From a virus, in UHGV virus genome UHGV-0314758: DNA of 41,090 bases. One strand, given 5' to 3'. Positions 7,743 to 16,095 of this stretch are shown here, in pieces. The position numbers and the translations under genes were made by a program. The number at the start of each line of letters is the position of its first letter. Position 1 is the stretch's first letter. A model generated the notes under the pieces. The model worked only from the letters and a program-made list of their open reading frames with translations. It was not told the DNA's origin and made no database searches.

Positions 7743-8134
7743 GCAAGACGCTTGATATTAGAGTTGGTGATCGGTTCGAAACAGTTTACCCATTCATTTT
7801 CGTATGCACTGACCATCAGCAATGGGACGGAAATGTATTCACCGGTGAAAGGTGGATTGGTGGTTGCCGAAAGACATTCGAGCCAGCTGATTGCGGTTAT
7901 GGAGACCAGACCGTTTACACAGCTGATGCAGAAGGGAAAAGAATCCTTGAGGTTCTGTCTGTCGCTGAGATGCCTGGAAAGTGGCAGCGCCGGATTATCT
8001 ACGCCTGCCACCTCATTGACCCTGAGGGGAAAGAGAGAAAAGGCAGGAAGGCCTATACGGTAACTGAGGACAGATTCATCAAAATGTCGTCAGGGTATTT
8101 TGCGGATTATGGAGTGGAGAACAGCGATGACTGA
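7739..8134 (+). CDS. hypothetical protein
   Basis: ATG 7739 overlapping the previous stop as ATGA (MSKTLDIRVGDRFETVYPFIFVCTDHQQWDGNVF...). Confidence 0.5.
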   Translation: MSKTLDIRVGDRFETVYPFIFVCTDHQQWDGNVFTGERWIGGCRKTFEPADCGYGDQTVYTADAEGKRILEVLSVAEMPGKWQRRIIYACHLIDPEGKERKGRKAYTVTEDRFIKMSSGYFADYGVENSDD

Positions 8135-8636
8135 TATCACCGAACTGGCGCAGCGTATGAAGGCTGCTGCAGAGAAAGCGACTCCGGGTCCATGGTATGT
8201 ACATGACAAGCCATGTGAAGACGGCAACTACGGCATTGATACCAGCGATAAAGAATTTCTAGCTGAGGCTGTAGTTTGGTGGGGGTTTGCCCGCCAGAGC
8301 ATTTGGCGTGAGGAAGACGCAAAATACATCGCCCTGGCTAACCCTGCCAACATCCTCGCGCTGGTAGAGGCGCTGGAGAAGGCGCAGACCAAAGCAGATG
8401 TATACGACATGCTTCGGGATGGCTACGGTTTACGCGAAAAAGGTGTTGGCCTTGCAGACTTAGTTGACTGGCAAGCTAAGCGCATCGCCGAGCTGGAGTC
8501 CCGCACCGTGAAGCTGCCAGACTTACGGCAGATTGTATCTGGGGACAGATATGTCTGGTCTGATGGTGTTTATAACTACAGCCAGGACGTAAAGGTAGCG
8601 CTGGCCGCCGCTGGCATCAAGGTGGAGATTGAGTGA
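8127..8636 (+). CDS. Ead/Ea22-like protein
   Basis: MTDITELAQRMKAAAEKATPGPWYVHDK... The ATPGPW motif and coiled-coil layout resemble the lambdoid Ea22-like family. Confidence 0.5.
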   Translation: MTDITELAQRMKAAAEKATPGPWYVHDKPCEDGNYGIDTSDKEFLAEAVVWWGFARQSIWREEDAKYIALANPANILALVEALEKAQTKADVYDMLRDGYGLREKGVGLADLVDWQAKRIAELESRTVKLPDLRQIVSGDRYVWSDGVYNYSQDVKVALAAAGIKVEIE

Positions 8637-8803
8637 TGTGGGTGCTCATTATCTGGATGTTCGGCGGTTACGAAAACCCGACCATTACCACTCAAGAGTT
8701 TCAAACAGAATCCGCCTGTCGAGCTGCATTTGCCGAAGTGAAAAAGGTAAACAATGCCGACGTTTCTCTACGTGGCGTATGCACGCCTAAGGGTGACCAA
8801 TGA
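8636..8803 (+). CDS. small membrane-anchored protein (DUF1482-like)
   Basis: 55 aa with an N-terminal hydrophobic segment. Start and stop are both ATGA-coupled. It is a paralogue of 9393..9584. Confidence 0.35.
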   Translation: MWVLIIWMFGGYENPTITTQEFQTESACRAAFAEVKKVNNADVSLRGVCTPKGDQ

Positions 8804-9396
8804 CCAAATCAACCATAACCAGAGAGCGCGCACAGCAAATTTTCCTGGGCAACGGACCAGAGCCGAGCGCATCAGAAGAACGAGAGCTGGCCCGCATGGC
8901 GCTGGCCGCAATGGACAGCGAGCCGGATTGTAATGAGCGAAAGCTTTTCTGTTCAACCGATACAGCGAGGATGAGGAAGGTAGTTTCTGCCTCAGACGGG
9001 TCCGGGACAACACCGCTCTATCACCGCGCCGCCATGCTCCAGGCTGGAACCCTCACCAATGAGGATACCAAACAAGCATGGACTGGCATCCCTGATATCG
9101 ATAACGCCATCAACATGCTCGACCGCATCGATACACTGGAAAGTTGCGATGATGACCGTATTGAGGCTGTTAAGACCGTTTTGCGCGGACTGGCTGGCAA
9201 CCCTCCGGTAATTCCGGATGGTTCAGCGGACATGCTTCGGCGCTGGCTGGCATTTGGCCGCGGTATGCAAAATGCAGGAAGTCAACTGCCACACAACCTG
9301 ATTGCGGAAACTGAGTCCATGCTCGCAGCCGCCCCGCAGGAGGATATTAACGCATTGATTCCGTTAGTATCGCGGGATGAGCAGGAGGTGAAGTGA
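8800..9396 (+). CDS. hypothetical protein
   Basis: 198 aa, coupled to both neighbouring genes. Confidence 0.5.
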   Translation: MTKSTITRERAQQIFLGNGPEPSASEERELARMALAAMDSEPDCNERKLFCSTDTARMRKVVSASDGSGTTPLYHRAAMLQAGTLTNEDTKQAWTGIPDIDNAINMLDRIDTLESCDDDRIEAVKTVLRGLAGNPPVIPDGSADMLRRWLAFGRGMQNAGSQLPHNLIAETESMLAAAPQEDINALIPLVSRDEQEVK

Positions 9397-9584
9397 TGGC
9401 GTACATCTTCCTGATTTTCGTCATCAGCAGCAATACATCGAATATGCAGGTGGTCCCCATGCAGAGTATGGAGCAGTGCAAAGCAGCCATTAAGGCGATG
9501 AAAGTTGCAGATGATAAGAGGTCCTGGGACGACGTTTCGCCGAGCGTAGATAATATTCAATGCGTAGAGGTAAAGGGTGCCTAA
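9393..9584 (+). CDS. small membrane-anchored protein (DUF1482-like)
   Basis: 63 aa with an N-terminal TM segment and the pattern EQCKAAIKAMK...C, shared with the 8636..8803 product. Confidence 0.4.
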   Translation: MMAYIFLIFVISSNTSNMQVVPMQSMEQCKAAIKAMKVADDKRSWDDVSPSVDNIQCVEVKGA

Positions 9585-9915
9585 ATCCCCCGCAGAACGC
9601 AAAGCTGCGCAGCGCGCGCGGCAGTCCGCCGCCGGTGAGCGTAAGCTTGAACTGGTGCTGGATGAGCAGGAGCAGGAAATGCTGGCGCGGAACTGCGCCG
9701 CCCGGCGCCCTGGTCGTGCGCCGTATGAAATGGCAGAGTACATCGCGCTGCTGATCCGTCAGGATGATGCCCGGGTGCGCGGCCGGATTAACGCCATCAG
9801 CAAACGGAGCTGCGGCAAGTGCGGCGATCAACTGCCGGTGGCATCCTGCCCGCACTCAGGGGAAGCCGCATGCTGGGTGATGTACGGCTGGCACGAAACA
9901 AAACTGCCGCTGTGA
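9577..9915 (+). CDS. zinc-finger protein, possible regulator
   Basis: GTG start with a GAGGT RBS. 112 aa with a basic, helical N-terminus and a C-terminal C-G-K-C-G...C-P-H cluster. It is the last gene before the late region. Confidence 0.45.
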   Translation: MPKSPAERKAAQRARQSAAGERKLELVLDEQEQEMLARNCAARRPGRAPYEMAEYIALLIRQDDARVRGRINAISKRSCGKCGDQLPVASCPHSGEAACWVMYGWHETKLPL

Positions 9916-9923
9916 CATGTCAC
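9912..9923. repeat. 12-bp perfect palindrome GTGACATGTCAC (copy 1 of 3)
   Basis: Read directly. It overlaps the stop codon of 9577..9915. Confidence 0.6.
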
Positions 9924-9952
9924 GGGAGATTGACTAAATCCTCACACGATTA

Positions 9953-9972
9953 TACTGTTTAAATATACAGTA
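9953..9972 (+). promoter_or_regulatory. LexA (SOS) box TACTGTTTAAATATACAGTA
   Basis: Matches the CTGT-N8-ACAG consensus with both half-sites intact. Lies 17 nt upstream of ATG 9990 and just downstream of a TTGACT -35-like hexamer at 9930-9935. Confidence 0.7.
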
Positions 9973-9989
9973 TTTTAGGGGTGAATATC

Positions 9990-10247
9990 ATGGGTGGCAA
10001 AGACCGTAATTATACTGTCGTTTACCGCGGGGATTTTATCGACGCCGTACCTGATGGCCGATGGATGATGATCCAGCGTGGCAAGGAGTACGGCGGCGGC
10101 TACTGGTTTGGTCGAGCTTATGCCGACTGCTTCTGGCTTGAGTTTGAGCGGCCAATGCCTCTATCAAGCTGTGTTGAGTACGTCGTGCTATACGACCATG
10201 TCGCTGCCAGAGCTCATGAGTTTGAGGATGAATTTAAACTGGAATGA
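9990..10247 (+). CDS. small SOS-regulated protein (candidate antirepressor/induction factor)
   Basis: 85 aa (MGGKDRNYTVVYRGDFIDAVPDGRWMMIQRGKEYGGGYWF...), RBS AGGGGTGAA. It lies directly downstream of the LexA box and is followed by a rho-independent terminator. Confidence 0.5.
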   Translation: MGGKDRNYTVVYRGDFIDAVPDGRWMMIQRGKEYGGGYWFGRAYADCFWLEFERPMPLSSCVEYVVLYDHVAARAHEFEDEFKLE

Positions 10248-10252
10248 CCGCG

Positions 10253-10279
10253 GCCGCCGACTATGGCGGCTTTGTTTTG
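10253..10279 (+). terminator. rho-independent terminator
   Basis: GCCGCC-GACTAT-GGCGGC stem-loop followed by TTTGTTTTG. Confidence 0.6.
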
Positions 10280-10289
10280 CGTGTTACTA

Positions 10290-10304
10290 TTACCTAAAAG
10301 GTAA
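10290..10304. promoter_or_regulatory. operator-like palindrome TTACCTAAAAGGTAA upstream of the late operon
   Basis: Perfect palindrome 20 nt upstream of the terminase small subunit start, immediately after the terminator. Confidence 0.5.
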
Positions 10305-10324
10305 TTATTTTCGGGGTGTTTACC

Positions 10325-10915
10325 ATGCCAAAGGATCCGAAGCGCAAATCAACTCAGTACAAACCGTTGACGGTGATGCAGGAAGCCTACGCCCAGGAGT
10401 ATGTGAAATGCCCTGAAAATCAGACGCAGGCGGCCATCAATGCGGGGTTCTCCCCAAAGTCTGCCCACGTCAAAGCCAGCACGATGATGCGTGATGAGCG
10501 TATCCAGAAACGAATCGCTGAGCTGATGGAGGAGCGCAATAAGCGCCTGCGCGTCAGCGCCGATTACGTGCTGCTGCGCCTGGTGGAAATCGACCAGATG
10601 GATGTGAGCGACATCCTCGACGATGAAGGCGGACTGAAGCCGATTAGCCAGTGGCCTAAAGTCTGGCGAACGTCGATCAGCGCAGTGGATATAAACCGCA
10701 TCAGGATGGCGATGAAGGATGACGAGGAAGATATCGAGTCCACGCTGCAAAAAATCAAATGGCCCGACAAGGTGAAGAACCTCGAGCTCATCGGCAAGCA
10801 CGTCGACGTGATGGCATTCAAAGAGCGCATGGAAGTTAACGTGAAAGTCACCATTGCCGACCGTATGGCCGCCGCTCGGCTCCGCCTGAAAGAGCACCAG
10901 GGTGGTGACCAGTGA
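10325..10915 (+). CDS. terminase small subunit
   Basis: MPKDPKRKSTQYKPLTVMQEAYAQEYVKCPENQTQAAINAGFSPKSAHVKAS..., of the P27/Terminase_2-type small-subunit family. Located immediately upstream of TerL. Confidence 0.75.
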   Translation: MPKDPKRKSTQYKPLTVMQEAYAQEYVKCPENQTQAAINAGFSPKSAHVKASTMMRDERIQKRIAELMEERNKRLRVSADYVLLRLVEIDQMDVSDILDDEGGLKPISQWPKVWRTSISAVDINRIRMAMKDDEEDIESTLQKIKWPDKVKNLELIGKHVDVMAFKERMEVNVKVTIADRMAAARLRLKEHQGGDQ

Positions 10916-12387
10916 CAGGCGCCGCTTTATCCCCGGAAGAACAGCTGATCGACGATATCGCCAGCTTCACCCATGACCCGCTGGGCTATGTGCTGTATGC
11001 GTTTCCGTGGGGCGAGGATGGCACAGAACTGGCGCACGCCACTGGTCCGCGCCAGTGGCAGGCTGACGCATTCCGCGAAATAGGCGAGCACCTGCAGAAT
11101 CCCGCGACACGTCACCAGCCGCTGATGATTTCCCGCGCATCCGGCCACGGCATCGGCAAATCTGCGTTCATCTCGATGCTGATTAACTGGGCCATGTCCA
11201 CCTGTGAAGATTGCAAGGTGGTGGTGACCGCTAACACCGACAACCAGCTGCGCACGAAGACCTGGCCGGAAATCATCAAATGGTCGAACATGGCTATCAC
11301 GAAAGAGTGGTTCACCTGCACCGCCACCGCGATGTACAGCAACGATCCTGGTCACGACAAACGCTGGCGCGCCGATGCTATTCCCTGGTCTGAGCATAAC
11401 ACCGAGGCGTTTGCTGGCCTGCACAACGAGCGTAAGCGCATCGTTGTGGTGTTCGACGAAGCATCTAACATCGCGGATCTGGTCTGGGAGGTTGCCGAGG
11501 GTGCGCTGACGGACGAAGACACCGAAATCATCTGGGTGGCGTTCGGTAACCCGACGCGCAACACCGGGCGATTTCGGGAATGCTTCCGCAAATACAAGCA
11601 CCGCTGGAAGTGCGCGCAGATCGACAGCCGCACCGTAGAGGGCACCAACAAGCAGCAGTTGCAGAAGTGGGTGGACGACTACGGCGAGGACAGCGACTTT
11701 GTGAAGGTCCGCGTGCGCGGGATCTTCCCTGACGCATCAGAGCTGCAGTTTATCCCTACCGGCCTGACCGACGAGGCAATGAAGCGCGTTGTGACAGAAG
11801 CGCAGGTGGCGCATGCCCCGCGGATAATCGGCGTCGATCCGGCGTATTCCGGCGTCGATGACGCGGTGATTTATTTCCGTCAGGGGCTGCACAGCAAAGC
11901 GCTGTGGACCGGCAACAAGACCACCGACGATCTGATTATGGCGAAGCGTATCGCTGATTTTGAGGACCAGTACCAGGCTGACGCGGTGTTTATCGACTTC
12001 GGCTACGGCACCGGCCTGAAGTCCATTGGCGACGGCTGGGGCCGGACGTGGCAGCTTGTGCCGTTCGGCGGCGCATCAGCAGACCCGCAGATGCTGAATA
12101 AGCGCGGCGAGATGTTCAACGCCTGTAAGACGTGGCTCAAGCTCGGCGGAGCGCTGGACGACCAGGAGACGGCGGACGACCTGTCCGCGGCAGAGTACAA
12201 GGTGAGGGTGGACGGCAAGATCGTCATGGAGCCGAAGGAAGATATCAAAGAGCGTCTGGGGCGGTCGCCGGGCAAAGGCGATGCTCTGTTGCTGACGTTT
12301 GCCTACCCGGTGACGAAGCGTTCGGATTTCCCTGCTGCCGGCGGCAAGCAGCCTAACGTGATCAGCGAGTACGACCCGTGGGCGTAA
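10912..12387 (+). CDS. terminase large subunit
   Basis: 491 aa with a Walker A-like SGHGIGKSAF motif and a typical TerL ATPase/nuclease layout. Confidence 0.85.
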   Translation: MTGAALSPEEQLIDDIASFTHDPLGYVLYAFPWGEDGTELAHATGPRQWQADAFREIGEHLQNPATRHQPLMISRASGHGIGKSAFISMLINWAMSTCEDCKVVVTANTDNQLRTKTWPEIIKWSNMAITKEWFTCTATAMYSNDPGHDKRWRADAIPWSEHNTEAFAGLHNERKRIVVVFDEASNIADLVWEVAEGALTDEDTEIIWVAFGNPTRNTGRFRECFRKYKHRWKCAQIDSRTVEGTNKQQLQKWVDDYGEDSDFVKVRVRGIFPDASELQFIPTGLTDEAMKRVVTEAQVAHAPRIIGVDPAYSGVDDAVIYFRQGLHSKALWTGNKTTDDLIMAKRIADFEDQYQADAVFIDFGYGTGLKSIGDGWGRTWQLVPFGGASADPQMLNKRGEMFNACKTWLKLGGALDDQETADDLSAAEYKVRVDGKIVMEPKEDIKERLGRSPGKGDALLLTFAYPVTKRSDFPAAGGKQPNVISEYDPWA

Positions 12388-12414
12388 AAAAGCCCGCGCG
12401 TAGGCGGGCTTATT
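12386..12414. terminator. bidirectional rho-independent terminator
   Basis: AAAAAAGCCCGC-GCGTAG-GCGGGCTTATT, with T/A runs on both sides. It serves TerL on the plus strand and the moron unit on the minus strand. Confidence 0.6.
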
Positions 12415-12426
12415 GTGACATGTCAC
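12415..12426. repeat. 12-bp perfect palindrome GTGACATGTCAC (copy 2 of 3)
   Basis: Read directly, adjacent to the bidirectional terminator. Confidence 0.6.
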
Positions 12427-12430
12427 GACG

Positions 12431-12871
12431 TTACATTAACTCTTTCCAGTCAACCCATTTTCCCGTTCTGCGTTTAACTTCCTCTCGCTTAAGGAATAGC
12501 AGCTCTCGACAACGCTCGCATCCATCAAATTCATCGCTATTCTTCTTAAATGGTGCTCCGCGCCGATATGTGTAAATTCCGCAAACACATCTGACAACGT
12601 AACGCGCGCCTGATTTCCCGCCGCCTTGCTGTTCAGCCAGACCGATAACCGTAAGCCATCCACGCTTTCTTCCGATCATTGATTCAACCTCTCGGCGATG
12701 CTGAGGGTTTTTGATGTTGTAGGTTGGAAAAATAGGAAGTGGCAGATCGCTGTCGCCAGTTTGAATAACTTTATTTGGCGTCCAATCCACGCCCTTACCA
12801 ACAACTCTCGCAGCAACCCGGTCAACCGGAAGGCGCTTCATGTCGAACAGGTCTTTACTCATTCTAATCAC
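12431..12871 (-). CDS. moron protein with C-terminal Cys-rich zinc-ribbon-like motif
   Basis: 146 aa on the strand opposite the late operon (...RYVVRCVCGIYTYRRGAPFKKNSDEFDGCERCRELLF...). It is co-oriented with the upstream tRNA. Confidence 0.45.
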   Translation of the reverse strand: MIRMSKDLFDMKRLPVDRVAARVVGKGVDWTPNKVIQTGDSDLPLPIFPTYNIKNPQHRREVESMIGRKRGWLTVIGLAEQQGGGKSGARYVVRCVCGIYTYRRGAPFKKNSDEFDGCERCRELLFLKREEVKRRTGKWVDWKELM

Positions 12872-13068
12872 CTTAAAAAAATGCCCGGCGAACCGGGCGA
12901 AACAGGGATGATGGAAAGTGCCGTCCTTGGCTGGGTGTCACAGGGTTTACAGCATGAAGTCATCGCAATGGCGTCCTGCTGTAAAAAGGGCGGTGGTCAG
13001 AAAGGGAATAACTGCCACCGCCAAACTTGCTCTGGAACTACGGGTATCACGGTCCTGAGGCGTGATTC

Positions 13069-13145
13069 TGGTGCAGCATGCAGGATTCGAACCTGCGACC
13101 AACCGCTTAGAAGGCGGTTGCTCTATCCTACTGAGCTAATGCCAC
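13069..13145 (-). tRNA. tRNA-Arg (anticodon UCU)
   Basis: Minus-strand sequence GTGGCAT-TA-GCTCAGTAGGATAGAGC-A-ACCGC-CTTCTAA-GCGGT-TGGTC-GCAGGTTCGAATCCTGC-ATGCTGC-A-CCA. It has a standard cloverleaf, a TCT anticodon and an encoded CCA. The acceptor stem carries two G-U pairs. Confidence 0.8.
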
Positions 13146-13460
13146 AACGAAGAGAGCACTGATTACCACAGTGGACCACCCGGCGAGGGAGGCGTTGCTT
13201 CCGCCAATGCTCTCATCGTTGCATCCTCGTCTCTTCCGAGGTGTCACACCGTACCGCCACGATGGTGAGTCGCTGTCGTGCATGCAGGGCATGGCTTGCA
13301 CATTCCGGCTACCCGCTGGGCCATGTACCAAGGAGCCCCCGGACCGCTATCGACGCATGTGCCATACGCCGGATGCTTTCACACCTGGAAGCGCACTCCG
13401 CCATCTGAGTAACGACAAAGCCACCAATGGAAGGGAATGGGGTGCGCTTTCATGTTGTGT

Positions 13461-13475
13461 TTACCAAAAAGGTAA
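13461..13475. promoter_or_regulatory. operator-like palindrome TTACCAAAAAGGTAA (divergent late/moron promoter region)
   Basis: Perfect palindrome followed by TAATTT. It is preceded by TTGTGT, which could serve as a -35. Confidence 0.5.
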
Positions 13476-13530
13476 TAATTTATCGGCAAAAGGTCAATAC
13501 ACTACGACAAATAAATCATATGTGGTTAAA

Positions 13531-13541
13531 TTGGTAATAAT
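13531..13541 (+). promoter_or_regulatory. extended -10-like element TTGGTAATAAT
   Basis: Same element as at 4452-4463, 4793-4803 and 33322-33332. Lies 24 nt upstream of the 13565 start. Confidence 0.35.
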
Positions 13542-13564
13542 TTAAACGCGTATGGAGTATCGAT

Positions 13565-13771
13565 ATGTGCATTGGCAGCAAGCCTTCAGTACCTGCGGCA
13601 CCAGAAGTTCAGGCAGCTCCACAGGAACAGGATCAGGCTGTAGTCGATTCCCGCGATGAAGAAACCAGGCGCCGCCGGGCGGCCGCCGGGCGTAGCTCTA
13701 CGCTGCTGACCGGGGCGCAGGGTGATACCTCCGCCGCAAATACCAGCGGCAAAACGCTGCTCGGTCAGTAA
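13565..13771 (+). CDS. small hypothetical protein (68 aa), first gene after the moron
   Basis: GGAG RBS 8 nt upstream. The product is Pro/Ala/Gln-rich. Confidence 0.4.
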   Translation: MCIGSKPSVPAAPEVQAAPQEQDQAVVDSRDEETRRRRAAAGRSSTLLTGAQGDTSAANTSGKTLLGQ

Positions 13772-13785
13772 CTGGAGCGCGGAAG

Positions 13786-15468
13786 ATGGCAGCGGAAACC
13801 CTGAAAGAGCAACTGCAAAAGCAGCAGGCACAGCTCACTAATGATCGCTCATCGTTCGATCCGCACTGGCGCGAACTGAGCGACTTCATCAATCCGCGTG
13901 GCTCCCGCTTCCTGGTCACCGATGTAAACCGGGATGACCGCCGCAATACGAAAATTGTTGACCCTACCGCCACCCTGGCAGCGCGCACGCTATCGAGCGG
14001 CATGATGTCGGGGATCACTTCTCCTGCTCGCCCGTGGTTCAAGCTGGCAACGCCTGACCCTGACATGATGGACTACGGCCCAGTGAAGCTGTGGCTTGAA
14101 GTCGTTCAGCGCCGCATGAACGAAGTGTTCAACAAATCCAATATCTACCAGTCACTGCCTCTGCTTTACGCCAGCCTGGGGAATTACAGCACCGGCGCTA
14201 TGGCTGTTCTGGAAGATGACAGCGACGTTATCCGCACGATGATGTTTCCGATCGGCAGTTACTACATGGCGAACTCTGCGCGCGGCAGCGTTGACACCTG
14301 TTTCCGCAAATTCTCCATGACGGTGCGCCAGCTGGTAATGGAGTTTGGCCTCAATAACGTCAGCGATTCAGTGAAGGGCATGTGGGATTCCGGCAACTAC
14401 GAAAGTTGGATCGAAGTTATTCATGCCGTTTATCCGAACATCGACCGCGATACCGCCAAGCTCAACAGCAAAAATAAGCCGGTCAAATCGGTTTATTACG
14501 AGGTTGGAGGCGACAGCGATAAGTTGCTGCGTGAGTCTGGTTTCGATGAATTCCCGATTATGGCGCCGCGCTGGGAAGTGAACGGCGAGGACGTATACGG
14601 CTCATCCTGCCCGGGTATGATTGCCCTCGGCCAGGTTAAAGCTCTGCAACTGGAGCAGAAGCGCAAAAGCCAACTGATCGACAAGGCCACCAACCCGCCG
14701 ATGGTTGGTCCGTCATCACTCCGCAACCAGCGCGTTTCCCTTTTGCCTGGCGATATCACCTATATCGATCAGGTCACCGGCCAGGAAGGATTTAAACCCG
14801 CCTATCTGGTTAACCCGAATACCGCCGACCTGCTCGCCGATATCCAGGATACCCGGCAGATCATCAACAGCGCCTACTTTGTCGACCTCTTCATGATGTT
14901 GCAGAACATCAATACCCGCTCGATGCCGGTTGAAGCAGTGATCGAGATGAAAGAAGAGAAGTTGCTGATGCTTGGGCCTGTTCTTGAGCGCCTGAACGAC
15001 GAATGCCTGAACCCGCTTATCGATCGCACCTTCTCCATCATGGCGAGAAAAAACCTTCTCCCGCCGCCGCCGGACGTCCTGCAGGGTATGCCGCTGCGCA
15101 TCGAGTACATCTCTGTGATGGCGCAGGCTCAGAAATCTATTGGGCTATCCAGCCTGTCATCCACCGTTGGCTTCATTGGCCAGCTGGCACATGCCAAGCC
15201 GGAAGCGCTGGACAAACTCAACGTGGATCAGGCCATCGATGCATTCGCGGAGATGTCCGGTGTCTCGCCGACAGTCATCGTTCCACAGGAACAGGTTGAG
15301 CAGGTTCGCGAGCAGCGCGCTCAGCAGCAGCAACAGCAGCAAATGGTGGCTATGGGCATGGCTGCCGCTCAGGGTGCCAAGACTCTCAGCGAAGCGCAGA
15401 CGGCGGATCCAAGCGTGCTGACAGCTCTTTCTAACGCAGCAGGTGCTCCTGCAGGTGGCCAGCAATGA
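13786..15468 (+). CDS. portal protein
   Basis: 560 aa. Its position after terminase, its size and its C-terminal poly-Gln tract fit a podovirus-type portal. Confidence 0.65.
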   Translation: MAAETLKEQLQKQQAQLTNDRSSFDPHWRELSDFINPRGSRFLVTDVNRDDRRNTKIVDPTATLAARTLSSGMMSGITSPARPWFKLATPDPDMMDYGPVKLWLEVVQRRMNEVFNKSNIYQSLPLLYASLGNYSTGAMAVLEDDSDVIRTMMFPIGSYYMANSARGSVDTCFRKFSMTVRQLVMEFGLNNVSDSVKGMWDSGNYESWIEVIHAVYPNIDRDTAKLNSKNKPVKSVYYEVGGDSDKLLRESGFDEFPIMAPRWEVNGEDVYGSSCPGMIALGQVKALQLEQKRKSQLIDKATNPPMVGPSSLRNQRVSLLPGDITYIDQVTGQEGFKPAYLVNPNTADLLADIQDTRQIINSAYFVDLFMMLQNINTRSMPVEAVIEMKEEKLLMLGPVLERLNDECLNPLIDRTFSIMARKNLLPPPPDVLQGMPLRIEYISVMAQAQKSIGLSSLSSTVGFIGQLAHAKPEALDKLNVDQAIDAFAEMSGVSPTVIVPQEQVEQVREQRAQQQQQQQMVAMGMAAAQGAKTLSEAQTADPSVLTALSNAAGAPAGGQQ

Positions 15469-15764
15469 CAGATTTTGATGATGACCAGTTGGCTGCTGAA
15501 TCGGCACGCGAGAAGGAAATCCTTCAACAGCGTGACATTGAAGATATCCGTTTCGTCATGGGTAGCGAGCATGGCCGCCGGGTGATCTGGGGGGTACTGG
15601 AGCAGGGCAAGGTGTTTTCTGCCTGTTTTGCCGGTGATCCGCAAGTGACTGCTTTCAACGAGGGGCAGCGCAACCTGGCGCTGGCATTATTCCAGCGCGT
15701 TATGGCGCACTGCCCTGAACAGTATCTGAAGATGGCCGCAGAGGCTAATGGGGTAATCAAATGA
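15465..15764 (+). CDS. hypothetical head-assembly protein
   Basis: 99 aa, ATGA-coupled to the portal. Confidence 0.5.
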   Translation: MTDFDDDQLAAESAREKEILQQRDIEDIRFVMGSEHGRRVIWGVLEQGKVFSACFAGDPQVTAFNEGQRNLALALFQRVMAHCPEQYLKMAAEANGVIK

Positions 15765-16084
15765 CTCAGATCCAAAAACAGCGCGTAGTCCGTTTCGATG
15801 GCAATAAGCAGATCGTTGAAGTTCCCGATCCGGCGCCGGCGGTAATTGGCGCGCCCACGACCACTGACTACGGCGGCGTAAAGCTCGGAGCCTCCATTGC
15901 CGCCGCTGCGGCAGCTACCGCAACCGCAGATACCGCATCCAGTGCAAGCGATGTGGCTGGTCTCCTTGTTGATCACAACGACCTGGTGACGAAGTACAAC
16001 GCGCTTCTCAATGATGCCGCGGCTCTTCGTACCACGCTGAATGCTGTCCTTACGCAGCTGAAAGCCAAAACAATTCCTGTTTAA
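15761..16084 (+). CDS. hypothetical head protein
   Basis: 107 aa, ATGA-coupled. Confidence 0.5.
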   Translation: MTQIQKQRVVRFDGNKQIVEVPDPAPAVIGAPTTTDYGGVKLGASIAAAAAATATADTASSASDVAGLLVDHNDLVTKYNALLNDAAALRTTLNAVLTQLKAKTIPV

Positions 16085-16095
16085 GGGGATGAGCA

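Noticed and set aside
13171-13545. 124-aa plus-strand ORF across the non-coding leader next to the tRNA
   Set aside because: It has no RBS and an implausible composition. It overlaps the region more plausibly acting as an RNA leader or promoter. It is treated as spurious.
15318-15340. CAG/CAA repeat tract as a possible slippery or contingency repeat
   Set aside because: It encodes an in-frame poly-Gln segment of the portal C-terminus. There is no evidence of frameshifting or phase variation.
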